A stretch of 64,000 nt of DNA from a virus: positions 1-64,000 of IMG/VR virus record IMGVR_UViG_3300042691_034899. One strand, written 5' to 3'. The translations under genes were made by a program, and so were the position numbers. Of this stretch, positions 47,457 to 56,007 are shown one piece after another (positions within the stretch are counted from its first letter, which is position 1; each line of letters opens with the position of its first letter). The notes beneath the pieces are model-generated. The model did no database searches. It worked only from the letters and a program-made list of their open reading frames with translations, and was not told the origin of the DNA.

Positions 47457-47600
47457 ATGGAAATAGCAATAGGAATATTGATTGTAATGATGGTAATGTT
47501 GATGATATGGGGTGTAAAACTCCATTTACAAATTAAAAATAAGCTAGAACAGTTAAAAGATTTTGACACATGGAAAGAGTGGAAAAACAAACAGCAGTAG
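47457..47600 (+). CDS. Small membrane protein (47 aa)
   Basis: Hand-translated MEIAIGILIVMMVMLMIWG...DFDTWKEWKNKQQ, starting right after motif A. Confidence 0.6.
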   Translation: MEIAIGILIVMMVMLMIWGVKLHLQIKNKLEQLKDFDTWKEWKNKQQ

Positions 47601-47797
47601 AATGGTTGATAGAAATGTTGGTGCAAGAATGTGGATTAGATGACACTGGAGATTCAGCAATTTTTGTTATAGAACAAGCCAAAGCAATAGAAAAAGAAAA
47701 TATAAAAAATGCATTCTTAGATGGCTTTAGTTCTTTAGCAAATAATAAACATCAATACTCAGAAGATTACTACAATGAAACCTTTAAATCAGAATAA
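47570..47797 (+). CDS. QTAVEWL/ETFKSE family protein
   Basis: KQTAVEWL...QAKAIEKE...YYNETFKSE; start uncertain. Confidence 0.65.
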   Translation: MERVEKQTAVEWLIEMLVQECGLDDTGDSAIFVIEQAKAIEKENIKNAFLDGFSSLANNKHQYSEDYYNETFKSE

Positions 47798-47798
47798 G

Positions 47799-47975
47799 AT
47801 GACACAAGAGATGGATAAATTCCTTGACAAGCTAGATAAATTATGTTGGGAATATCACATTGAAATTAAACCCACACATCCAGTACCTAATGATGAACAT
47901 CCAACTATATCCATTATAAATGGTGATGAAGTTGTAAAATTCTTATACATTGATGGAGAGGGGATAGGTAAATAA
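47799..47975 (+). CDS. Hypothetical protein
   Basis: Start moved to ATG 47799; flanked by motif A on both sides. Confidence 0.6.
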   Translation: MTQEMDKFLDKLDKLCWEYHIEIKPTHPVPNDEHPTISIINGDEVVKFLYIDGEGIGK

Positions 47976-47993
47976 AATTTAAATCAGAATAAG

Positions 47994-48215
47994 ATGACAG
48001 TACATTCTAAAAAATTTAGAGTAGTAGAGAACAGATATGCTTTTGGTAAATATCATGTCCTATATAAAAAAGGTTTCTTCTCCAGATGGAAGTACATAAG
48101 AGCTAGTCACATAGGCTTACTAGAAGATCCAAAGCATAATCCCATATGGTCTTGGACAAGTGAAGAAGCAGCTAGGGAGTTTATTAATAAAAATTTAGCT
48201 AAGGTATGTTACTAG
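47994..48215 (+). CDS. Hypothetical protein
   Basis: 73 aa after motif A. Confidence 0.55.
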   Translation: MTVHSKKFRVVENRYAFGKYHVLYKKGFFSRWKYIRASHIGLLEDPKHNPIWSWTSEEAAREFINKNLAKVCY

Positions 48216-48220
48216 AACAA

Positions 48221-48517
48221 ATGAAAACGATAAAAGATAAGGTATTACTTTTACTAGAAAAGAATCCTCATCTAAGAGACAGTGACTTTAAACTTATTGC
48301 AAACTATTACTTCTTTGAAGTAGGCCATGAAAAGATGGCAAAGCTATCTGCAATGGAGTTCCTTGATCTCTTTGCAAAAGGCTCTCTGTCTCATTCCGAA
48401 AGTATTAGAAGAGTCAGACAAAAGATTCAAGAAGACAATCCTCATCTAAGAGGAGAGAGTTATAAGATAAGAAAAAGTGACTCGAAAGTTGTAAGAAATA
48501 ACATAAAAGATTTGTAA
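48221..48517 (+). CDS. Hypothetical phage protein
   Basis: LRDSD..L...ESIRR.RQKIQE pattern. Confidence 0.65.
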   Translation: MKTIKDKVLLLLEKNPHLRDSDFKLIANYYFFEVGHEKMAKLSAMEFLDLFAKGSLSHSESIRRVRQKIQEDNPHLRGESYKIRKSDSKVVRNNIKDL

Positions 48518-48534
48518 TTAATCTGCAAATTTAT

Positions 48535-48542
48535 TACATTTG
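48535..48542 (+). promoter_or_regulatory. -7 promoter element 4 nt before ATG
   Basis: TACATTTG-tacc-ATG. Confidence 0.55.
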
Positions 48543-48546
48543 TACC

Positions 48547-49125
48547 ATGAACAAATCAGAAAAACTAATACCCATAATCATTAATGCTAATGATGAAGGA
48601 AAGGCAATTAAGGCTCTTGTAGAAGTTGTAGAAACACTACATTTATCTCAAAACTATTTCCATTTAGTAGATCTAAAGGATAGGCTAAACGAGTTTAAAC
48701 TTAAGTTTAAATCAATAACAGATAGATATAGACAGATACCAAGCCCCAGGCCATACAATTCTCTACATGAATTAAGAATGGAGCTGAGTTTCTTGTCTAG
48801 AGATTTCTCTGATGAATTAGCGTTTGAAGTTAACAAATCAAAGATATACCACGAGGAACGTAAGACTGAAGCTAGGGCTACTGGAATGCTTGAGCTGGCT
48901 AGTGATGAGAGTTTTCAATCTAAAGTTAAGGCTTCATCGGCTTCTGCTCTAAGAGATCTAGTAGGTGCTTCAAGTGTTTATCAAGAATTTATATCACTAG
49001 CTTCTGTATCATACGGGCTTTATCAAGAGTTCCATAAAGTTGGAGATTCTATGAAATTATTCAATGATGCCTTAGCAAGTGAGTGTAGGGAAGTACAGTA
49101 CCACGATATGAAAGATGCAAAATAA
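48547..49125 (+). CDS. Hypothetical helical protein
   Basis: 192 aa ORF. Confidence 0.6.
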   Translation: MNKSEKLIPIIINANDEGKAIKALVEVVETLHLSQNYFHLVDLKDRLNEFKLKFKSITDRYRQIPSPRPYNSLHELRMELSFLSRDFSDELAFEVNKSKIYHEERKTEARATGMLELASDESFQSKVKASSASALRDLVGASSVYQEFISLASVSYGLYQEFHKVGDSMKLFNDALASECREVQYHDMKDAK

Positions 49126-49137
49126 AAACCAAACCAA

Positions 49138-50130
49138 ATGAAAGTTTTAAGTAAAATAGATAGTAAGCACTTTGTTGCTATCGACATCGAAACAGTTAGA
49201 ATAGCTGAAACATTTTCTGAACTTCCTGAAGAATTTCAGGATGCATGGGAATACAAAAACAAACAAGATGGAGAGATTCCAACTCAAGAAGAATTAGCAG
49301 ACCTTTGGAAAAGGACATCTAGCTTATACGCTGAGTTCTCAAAAGTATGCGTAGTCAGTCTTGCATTTCTAGATAAGTCTGGAGAGAGTCTTATGTGTAA
49401 AAGCTTCTCAAATACCTCTGAGAAAGAATTACTTAAAGAGTTGTCAGAATTTCTTGACAGAATTTCAAGTAGCAGCCCACATTACAGATTAATCGGGCAC
49501 GCATCGAAGTTTTTTGATTACCCATTCCTTGGAAAGCGGTACATAATTAACCAACTTCCAATACCAAGAATACTTGATGATAGTGATAAAAAGCCATGGG
49601 AAACACTTAACACATGCACAAACACGCTATGGAAGTTAGGAGGAACTGGAGCTGGATCTTCACTACAAGCTTTATGCGTATCACTCAATATTCCTATATC
49701 TAAGGTTGATATGGTTGGAGATGAGGTTGGCCGAGAGTACTTTAAAGGTAATATAGAAGGTATAACAGATTACTGCAATAAAGATGCTATAGCTACATTT
49801 AATGTACTTAGAAGGTTTAAGTATGAGAATATCTTTACTTTTGATGAAGTTGTTTACTTAGATAATACCAAAGAAGAAGCAGCAGTAGAGTCTGGAAATG
49901 AGCTTCACAAGTTAGCTATTTCTAAAGAGTTTACTGATGATATTAAAGAAGCTCTAATAAATAGATTCAAAGGAAAGAAAGTCACTAAGAAAGAGTTGGA
50001 TATGCTTCAGGATATGCTTGAGAATCTATACATAAACAATAAGATGTTTAAGAGTGATGCTCAACCAATTAAAGAAGCAAAGAGGGCTGAGGTTAAGGAG
50101 TTTATTAAAGTTTTAAAATCAAGTAAATGA
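49138..50130 (+). CDS. PolB-like 3'-5' exonuclease (DnaQ superfamily)
   Basis: DIET, GH....FD.PFL and YC..D exonuclease motifs. Confidence 0.85.
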   Translation: MKVLSKIDSKHFVAIDIETVRIAETFSELPEEFQDAWEYKNKQDGEIPTQEELADLWKRTSSLYAEFSKVCVVSLAFLDKSGESLMCKSFSNTSEKELLKELSEFLDRISSSSPHYRLIGHASKFFDYPFLGKRYIINQLPIPRILDDSDKKPWETLNTCTNTLWKLGGTGAGSSLQALCVSLNIPISKVDMVGDEVGREYFKGNIEGITDYCNKDAIATFNVLRRFKYENIFTFDEVVYLDNTKEEAAVESGNELHKLAISKEFTDDIKEALINRFKGKKVTKKELDMLQDMLENLYINNKMFKSDAQPIKEAKRAEVKEFIKVLKSSK

Positions 50131-50843
50131 AGTCAAAAGTAGTTTTACCAAGAGTTTATAATAATCCTAGTGGATCGGATAAATTCGAAAAATTTGTAGG
50201 CTTACCAAAAATAAGCTATAGCCAGATCGATAGTTGGAATAATCCTGATTATAAAGGAGAGTACTTCGAAAGTTACTTCCTTGGGATAGGTGATTCTGGA
50301 AATATATTTACACACTTTGGAAGTCTAGTAGGAGAATGGTTTGAGAAAGGTCAAGATGAGTCTGGAGAATTATCTGAATCTGATATTGAAGTGCTATCTA
50401 GTATTGGAAGGCCAGCTAATTGTGAATACGAAAGAGAAGTAGTAATCGTAAGGCCTCTTGGATATGCCATTCAAGGATTTATCGATAGGGCAAGAACGAT
50501 TGTAGATGAGTCTGATAAAAAGCAAATTGAAGTAATTGACTTTAAGACTGGGAACATTGAAAAGAAATCAAGCTTCTATGGGGGAAATGACTACCAACAG
50601 ACAACTTTATATACATTTGGTTTGATTGAAGAGGGTGAAGATGTCGTATGGTCTGGAGTTGTTATGCTTGGGAGAAATGGGAATGGATCTGAGAAATCAC
50701 CGCTTAGATTGAATGGAGATGTTTTAAGCATTGAAACGCCTTATTCAGAAGATAGAATTGATTTATTCTTTAACAAATGTGATAAGACTGTTGAGGAAAT
50801 TAGTGAATACTATAAATTTTACAATAAATTTTTTGTAGATTAA
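50127..50843 (+). CDS. PD-(D/E)XK nuclease (RecB/Cas4-like)
   Basis: SYS, FG..., GFIDR, IDFKTG and Q..LY motifs. Confidence 0.8.
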   Translation: MKSKVVLPRVYNNPSGSDKFEKFVGLPKISYSQIDSWNNPDYKGEYFESYFLGIGDSGNIFTHFGSLVGEWFEKGQDESGELSESDIEVLSSIGRPANCEYEREVVIVRPLGYAIQGFIDRARTIVDESDKKQIEVIDFKTGNIEKKSSFYGGNDYQQTTLYTFGLIEEGEDVVWSGVVMLGRNGNGSEKSPLRLNGDVLSIETPYSEDRIDLFFNKCDKTVEEISEYYKFYNKFFVD

Positions 50844-50876
50844 AAAATAATAACTAAATTTGATAAAAATTAAAAT

Positions 50877-51308
50877 ATGGAAAATCAAGAACAAATGAGT
50901 CAAGAGCAATTGCAAGAGGCAATGCTACAAGAAAGAGCAGAAATGGATCAAAAATATGATGAGCTTTTTGATCAATTAGAAAAAGGAGGTTACTTTAAAC
51001 AAACCTACGGTAAAGATAGTAGGGTTACAATTCCAGGATCTATATTCAATTCGTTTATTTACTTCTGCCACTTACAAGCAAAGCACTTACATTCAGTTCA
51101 AAGTGTATTAAATGTAATTCAACAAACAGTAACTGGTCTTGGGAACAATGTATCAGATATGACAATCCGTTTAATGGAGCAGCATAAAGAAAATGTTGAC
51201 GCTGGATACACAATTACAATGGATCAGATGGATGAGGAAGATGCTCAGGAAAATATTAAAGAGATCATCATTGATGAGAAGCCAAAACGTAAAAAACGCA
51301 AACAATAA
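50877..51308 (+). CDS. Hypothetical protein
   Basis: 143 aa after TAAATTTG (50855). Confidence 0.6.
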   Translation: MENQEQMSQEQLQEAMLQERAEMDQKYDELFDQLEKGGYFKQTYGKDSRVTIPGSIFNSFIYFCHLQAKHLHSVQSVLNVIQQTVTGLGNNVSDMTIRLMEQHKENVDAGYTITMDQMDEEDAQENIKEIIIDEKPKRKKRKQ

Positions 51309-51339
51309 TAAGAAGCTATATTTTTCTTAGGTAAGTAAG

Positions 51340-51367
51340 GCTGCCTACCAATTTGTGGGCAGCTTTT
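51340..51367 (+). terminator. Terminator-like hairpin before the tRNA
   Basis: GCTGCCTAC-caattt-GTGGGCAGC-TTTT. Confidence 0.55.
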
Positions 51368-51372
51368 CATTT

Positions 51373-51446
51373 GGTCCCGTAGCTCAGCTGGATAGAGCAA
51401 CTGCCTTCTAAGCAGTAGGTCACACGTTCGAATCGTGTCGGGATCA
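51373..51446 (+). tRNA. tRNA-Arg (anticodon UCU)
   Basis: Cloverleaf with acceptor GGTCCCG/CGGGATC, anticodon arm ACTGC-CT-TCT-AA-GCAGT, GTTCGAAT T-loop; CCA not encoded. Confidence 0.95.
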
Positions 51447-51449
51447 CAG

Positions 51450-51610
51450 CAGTTACTTGATGTCCTGTAGTACAGTAACAACCATTGGCATGTAGGGCAT
51501 TGCACGAATGGTGGCGCAAGGTAAGATGTACTTGCAACGGTGGAGTGCCGAAGACGTTATGAAACGATATGTGTGAGTGATCATGCATTGGGCTCAAATC
51601 TCCACCACTT
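51450..51610 (+). ncRNA. Candidate structured RNA between tRNAs
   Basis: Three hairpins plus a multibranch closed by GGTGGAG/CTCCACC-A. Confidence 0.4.
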
Positions 51611-51612
51611 TT

Positions 51613-51686
51613 GGATCTGTAACTCAGTTGGTTAGAGTGCAACACTCATAATGTTGAAGTCCTTGGTTCGAGCCCAAGCCGATCCA
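51613..51686 (+). tRNA. tRNA-Met or Ile2 (anticodon CAU)
   Basis: Cloverleaf with CAACA-CT-CAT-AA-TGTTG and GTTCGAG T-loop; one acceptor-stem mismatch. Confidence 0.9.
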
Positions 51687-51689
51687 CAA

Positions 51690-52000
51690 AATACCTACCA
51701 CGCTTCTGGATTGTGGTGTCCATGGTCGAGCGTACCAGGGTAGGTCTTTTGCCCCACCAACAAAACGATGTTGGAATCCTCAAGTGATACTGTTACTTGA
51801 GTTTGAACCCCCCTGTGGATAGTATCTACAGGTCAAGTACCATCAGGCATCCCAACGAACTGCTCACTTGTATGGTCTTTTCCGATACTGGGAAATTGGA
51901 TTGCTGTAATATCTGGCTGACGAGCCACACTTACTCAACCATATAACCATTATCATCCCCTAGTAAGACTGTCTGATCAACAGAAACTGCTAGGGTTTTT
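51690..52000 (+). ncRNA. Candidate structured RNA downstream of tRNA-Met
   Basis: About 7 consecutive hairpins ending in CCCTAG...CTAGGG-TTTTT. Confidence 0.45.
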
Positions 52001-52036
52001 GTTTTAATTATATATTTGATTTCAAATAATAAGTAT

Positions 52037-52555
52037 ATGAGTGTAGTACGTTTTATTGCCGATTTACATTTTGGTCATGAGAATATGGCTAAGAAACGAA
52101 GCTTTGCATCAGCAGAAAAACATGATGAATTTATTGTTCATAAGTGGAACAGTACTGTACACAAACGTGATCTTACCTATATACTAGGTGATGTTACAAT
52201 GGAAAAGGCTAATTATTCTATACTCGATAGATTAAATGGTCGGAAAATAGTCGTGGGCGGAAATCACGACAAACCTAATCATTCTCGTAAAATGCTAGAG
52301 CATGTTGATTATATTGCTGGTATGGTACAGTATAAAGGCCTCTTTTTAACTCACTGTCCAGTTCATCCAATGGAGATGGATTATCGGATTAAATACAATA
52401 TTCATGGTCACATACATGAGAAGTTAGTTGAACGTGATGTTAAGTTATTTGGCATTACTATATTTAAACAAGTAGATCGTAGGTACATATGTGTATCATG
52501 CGAGCATGTTGATTACACACCAAAGACTCTAGCTGAGTTAGGTATAAACAGATAA
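52037..52555 (+). CDS. Calcineurin-like metallophosphoesterase
   Basis: ADLHFGH, LGD, GNHD, THCP and HGHIH motifs; start moved to after promoter TATATTTG (52011). Confidence 0.88.
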   Translation: MSVVRFIADLHFGHENMAKKRSFASAEKHDEFIVHKWNSTVHKRDLTYILGDVTMEKANYSILDRLNGRKIVVGGNHDKPNHSRKMLEHVDYIAGMVQYKGLFLTHCPVHPMEMDYRIKYNIHGHIHEKLVERDVKLFGITIFKQVDRRYICVSCEHVDYTPKTLAELGINR

Positions 52556-52559
52556 TGAA

Positions 52560-52931
52560 ATGAAAATAGAACAAGTTAAAATACCAATGGACATTATTCC
52601 ACCTTCACGAGTAAAACTGGTAAAGAGTAACGGTGAAACACATTACGGAACTCAATTTAAATTTGTTGAGTGGAATGGTGATGAAATAGGTAGTCGAGCA
52701 AAGCAGATGCATGATGAGCCACAAATCGGTTACAGTGTTATAATTGATCCACAATACCTATCGTTTACTTGGCTTACTACACCTATCACAGAAATTATCA
52801 GTGATACTTCTGATAACGGATCTCGAAGCATTCATTTTAAAACTAAGAACTCAGAGTATAAATTACTTGTAGAGGAAGATGATATGGCTTTATGGGATAA
52901 TACATTGTTGGACGGATTAGAAGATTTGTAA
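52560..52931 (+). CDS. Hypothetical phage protein
   Basis: W.TT..TEI...F.T.NS.Y pattern. Confidence 0.6.
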   Translation: MKIEQVKIPMDIIPPSRVKLVKSNGETHYGTQFKFVEWNGDEIGSRAKQMHDEPQIGYSVIIDPQYLSFTWLTTPITEIISDTSDNGSRSIHFKTKNSEYKLLVEEDDMALWDNTLLDGLEDL

Positions 52932-53131
52932 TGGCAAAGATTAAGATAGAATGTGAAATAGAATTCAATGAAGACTCATGGTATAGTCATGCAGATGAAG
53001 AGGAATTAGAATGGTTTATTTCCGTTTTAAACGATAAAGAGAATACTATGGTAATACTTCACTCAAATGATGTGGGTGATACTATTGGACAGACTAATAA
53101 ATTTAAATGGAAAATACTTAAATCAGAATAA
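52931..53131 (+). CDS. Hypothetical protein ending in motif A
   Basis: Ends ILKSE. Confidence 0.55.
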   Translation: MAKIKIECEIEFNEDSWYSHADEEELEWFISVLNDKENTMVILHSNDVGDTIGQTNKFKWKILKSE

Positions 53132-53132
53132 G

Positions 53133-53360
53133 ATGAAAATAAAAGAATGGTTATATGATGTTTGCTATGATAAGCATGGTCAATACTTATGGAATAAAGA
53201 AAAAGATGGTTCTCAAATGATAGGAGAAGTCAGAGGATGGGGAGCAATACAAAAGCTTTTTAAAACAGAAGAAGAAGCAAGTAAATTTCAAGATGAAGTA
53301 GGTGAATTTATAGCACAAGCTATTAGGGAAAAAGTTGAACGGGATTTTAAATCAGAATAG
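53133..53360 (+). CDS. Hypothetical protein flanked by motif A on both sides
   Basis: Start moved to 53133; EVRGWGAIQ; ends DFKSE. Confidence 0.6.
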   Translation: MKIKEWLYDVCYDKHGQYLWNKEKDGSQMIGEVRGWGAIQKLFKTEEEASKFQDEVGEFIAQAIREKVERDFKSE

Positions 53361-53361
53361 T

Positions 53362-54051
53362 ATGAAAGTAATTGTCACAGCGATATCAGATACTCATACA
53401 AAACATAATCAAGTGTTTAAGGACTTACACAAGGGTCATATACTAATTCATGGAGGAGATTTTATGAATTCAGGGTACGAAGTTAATGAGGCATATGAAT
53501 TCTTTGATTCTTTTGATTCAGTAAAAGGCTACACTCATAAGTTTCTTATTGCTGGAAATCACGATAGAGCAATGGAGATTAATAATGAGAAGATGGTAGC
53601 ACTACTAAACCATTTTTCATCAATTACCTATCTTCAGGATAAGTCTGTCTATATTGCTGATCTAGGTGTAAAGGTATATGGATCTCCTTGGCAGCCAGAG
53701 TTCTTTAGTTGGGCTTTTAATCTTCCAAGAAACGGTAAAGAGCTACAAGAAAAATGGGATGCAATACCAGAAGATACGGATATATTAATAACTCATGGGC
53801 CTCCATTTGGGTATCTGGACATTCCAGGAGGGCAAAGTATTAGGACTGGTTGTGAAATATTACGAGATAAAGTTGATAAGATTAAACCAAAAATTCATAT
53901 CTTTGGACACATTCATGGAAGTGCAGGTTATCACTTTAATGGTCATACCCATTTTATAAATGCAGCTGTACTAAATGAAAGGTACGTTTATACAAATCTT
54001 CCTCAAACATTTGAGTGGGATAATATTACAAATGAAGTAAAATTTTTATAA
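53362..54051 (+). CDS. Metallophosphoesterase (MPPED/239FB-like)
   Basis: SDTH, HGGD, AGNHD, YGSPWQP, THGPP and FGHIH motifs. Confidence 0.88.
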   Translation: MKVIVTAISDTHTKHNQVFKDLHKGHILIHGGDFMNSGYEVNEAYEFFDSFDSVKGYTHKFLIAGNHDRAMEINNEKMVALLNHFSSITYLQDKSVYIADLGVKVYGSPWQPEFFSWAFNLPRNGKELQEKWDAIPEDTDILITHGPPFGYLDIPGGQSIRTGCEILRDKVDKIKPKIHIFGHIHGSAGYHFNGHTHFINAAVLNERYVYTNLPQTFEWDNITNEVKFL

Positions 54052-54067
54052 CTTAAAAACAAACAAA

Positions 54068-54430
54068 ATGAAAAAGCTAATTTTAATTGCAACATTATCT
54101 ATTAACCTTTTTAACTCTAACGCTCAATCTCAGCTAGGAGTAGTAACCGTATCAAAACAAGATAAGACTGTTCCAGTTGGTTATTGGTATGTAATGGACG
54201 ATAGAAATTTAAAAAACCAAATGTTCTTCTACGATAAAACAGAAGACGTAATCAAAACTCTAACTGCAATGCTTGATGAGTATGATCAAAATTTTAACGC
54301 ACCATTTGGAAAAGATTTAGAAGGAGATGATTACTGGATTATAACTCATCCAACTGGTAATATTGTTTATCTATACTTTGTGACTGAGCCTGGATCAGAG
54401 TATTCATTCATAACATCGGCAACACGATGA
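54068..54430 (+). CDS. Secreted protein
   Basis: Signal peptide ending SNA-Q. Confidence 0.6.
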   Translation: MKKLILIATLSINLFNSNAQSQLGVVTVSKQDKTVPVGYWYVMDDRNLKNQMFFYDKTEDVIKTLTAMLDEYDQNFNAPFGKDLEGDDYWIITHPTGNIVYLYFVTEPGSEYSFITSATR

Positions 54431-54681
54431 TAAACGAGATAATAGAACAATACCAAGATGAGACATTCTTGAAGGCTGATGGTTTTGATGAGGCCATTAT
54501 CGGAGTATGTGAAGACTTTAATGCCCCCGTTAGATTGATATATTCTGTCCAGAAATGTTTAGATATTCTAATGAAGGATATGTCATACGAAGAAGCATTA
54601 GAATATTTCAATTTCAATGTTAGTGGTGCTTATGTTGGTGAGAAAACCCCGATATGGTGTTGGGACAATTTTAAAAATTAA
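54427..54681 (+). CDS. Conserved hypothetical phage protein
   Basis: ADGFDEAIIG...EEALEYF.FN..GAYVGE.TP pattern. Confidence 0.7.
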   Translation: MINEIIEQYQDETFLKADGFDEAIIGVCEDFNAPVRLIYSVQKCLDILMKDMSYEEALEYFNFNVSGAYVGEKTPIWCWDNFKN

Positions 54682-54699
54682 TTATAATAAACATAAACA

Positions 54700-54891
54700 A
54701 TGAAAATTAAATTCAGTAAAAAGAACCTAAACATTTGGGTGCTATCAGAAGAAGGGGATATTAAATTAATTAAAGTCCCAATCAAGAAAAGATTAGAGTT
54801 CATAAAGATGTTCATTGGAAAAAATGAAATACCAAAAGAGATGGATGTCATTAAGTGGCTAGTAAAAGATAAAGAAGGGTATTACATTTAA
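54700..54891 (+). CDS. Hypothetical protein
   Basis: 63 aa ORF. Confidence 0.45.
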   Translation: MKIKFSKKNLNIWVLSEEGDIKLIKVPIKKRLEFIKMFIGKNEIPKEMDVIKWLVKDKEGYYI

Positions 54892-54894
54892 GTT

Positions 54895-55122
54895 ATGGCA
54901 AAAGTTATATTAGAATTTGATCCCATAGAGGAAAGAGATGACATGGAATGTGCTATCAATGGCTGGAAATGGAAGATGGTAGCATGGAACTTTGATCAAC
55001 ATCTTCGTAATGAATTAAAGTACAATGATCATAACTTAACTAAGGAGCAATATGATTTACTTGATAAAACAAGAGAAGCTTTTCGAGGTATGATATCAGA
55101 GGAAGGTTTAATATTTGATTGA
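54895..55122 (+). CDS. Hypothetical protein
   Basis: 75 aa ORF. Confidence 0.6.
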   Translation: MAKVILEFDPIEERDDMECAINGWKWKMVAWNFDQHLRNELKYNDHNLTKEQYDLLDKTREAFRGMISEEGLIFD

Positions 55123-55123
55123 T

Positions 55124-55687
55124 ATGTGGAGTAAACTAAAGTTATGGTGGCAATTTGAGGCCAGATGGTACTATAGAGATTTCATATTAGGAATTAAAAA
55201 CCTATGGAAATGGTTTCCAACAATATGGAAAGATCGTGATTGGGATGATCATTTTATCTTTGAAATTTTGAAAGTCAAGCTTGAGAATCAAGCAGCTTAT
55301 ATTGAAAAGAATGATAGACATGTAAGCGCAAAAAGAGATGCTGAACAGATGAAGCTTTGTGTTAATCTAATTAAGCTTATCCAGGATGACTATTATAGAA
55401 TGGAATACCTTGATTATTTTAAAGAAGACTACAAATTTATTCCAACAGATGAAACTAAGAAGTGGTATACAGTAGAGACAACAGCTATTGAGGATAATTT
55501 AATCGAGTATTTTGCAAAGTACCCAAGGCAATACCGTAAAGTAGTCTCAGGAGAGATTGATTTCTTTAAAAAGGCAGAGAAGAATTCGCATGTAATAGCT
55601 CTCGAAATTGGTCTGCATAATCAAGAGAAGGCTAAGTGGTTACTATTCAAACTACTAAATAATAACATTGAAAACTGGTGGGAATAA
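55124..55687 (+). CDS. Conserved hypothetical phage protein
   Basis: NL.KW.P.IW.DRDWD...WWE pattern. Confidence 0.65.
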   Translation: MWSKLKLWWQFEARWYYRDFILGIKNLWKWFPTIWKDRDWDDHFIFEILKVKLENQAAYIEKNDRHVSAKRDAEQMKLCVNLIKLIQDDYYRMEYLDYFKEDYKFIPTDETKKWYTVETTAIEDNLIEYFAKYPRQYRKVVSGEIDFFKKAEKNSHVIALEIGLHNQEKAKWLLFKLLNNNIENWWE

Positions 55688-56007
55688 TGAAATTTAAAGT
55701 TGGAGACAAGGTAGTGTGCATTGATGATAATTTTGATACATCTAAACCTAATTTCGAAAAGATATTTCCAAATCTTCCAGTAAAAGATTCTGTATACACG
55801 ATCAGAGAATACCAAGAGCCTTCAATCAAATTAGTTGAGGTTGTTAATCCTACTTCATTAATTAATCTGGATGGTATTATAATAGAGGATGAGGGAGCAT
55901 TTCATGAAAAAAGATTTGCACCAGTTTTGTCTAAGGGTATGAGTATCGAAGCGGAAATTTCTAAGATGATTAAGAAAAAGAAAAGTAAAAAATTAGTTGC
56001 CAGTTAA
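55687..56007 (+). CDS. Hypothetical protein
   Basis: MKFKVGDKVVCIDD start. Confidence 0.6.
   Translation: MKFKVGDKVVCIDDNFDTSKPNFEKIFPNLPVKDSVYTIREYQEPSIKLVEVVNPTSLINLDGIIIEDEGAFHEKRFAPVLSKGMSIEAEISKMIKKKKSKKLVAS

Larger units (their letters stand above)
46871..53364 (+). repeat. Gene-junction motif family A: (AACCT)TTAAATCAGAATA(A/G)-n-ATG, 7 dispersed copies
   Basis: Copies at 46871, 47389, 47437, 47779, 47978, 53118 and 53346. Confidence 0.9.

Noticed and set aside
51447-51512. Theta/HDV-like ribozyme at the tRNA 3' end
   Set aside because: GCACGAATGG resembles J4/2, but I could not build P1, P3 or the L3 UCC element by eye. A covariance search is still worthwhile.
51245-51645. Minus-strand ORFs 51245-51505 and 51367-51645
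   Set aside because: They are antisense translations of the tRNA genes.
51917-51990. Hammerhead ribozyme (CTGACGA at 51917; CTGATCA...GAAA at 51973)
   Set aside because: The first lies in a simple hairpin with no stem II-GAAA; the second breaks the CUGANGA core.
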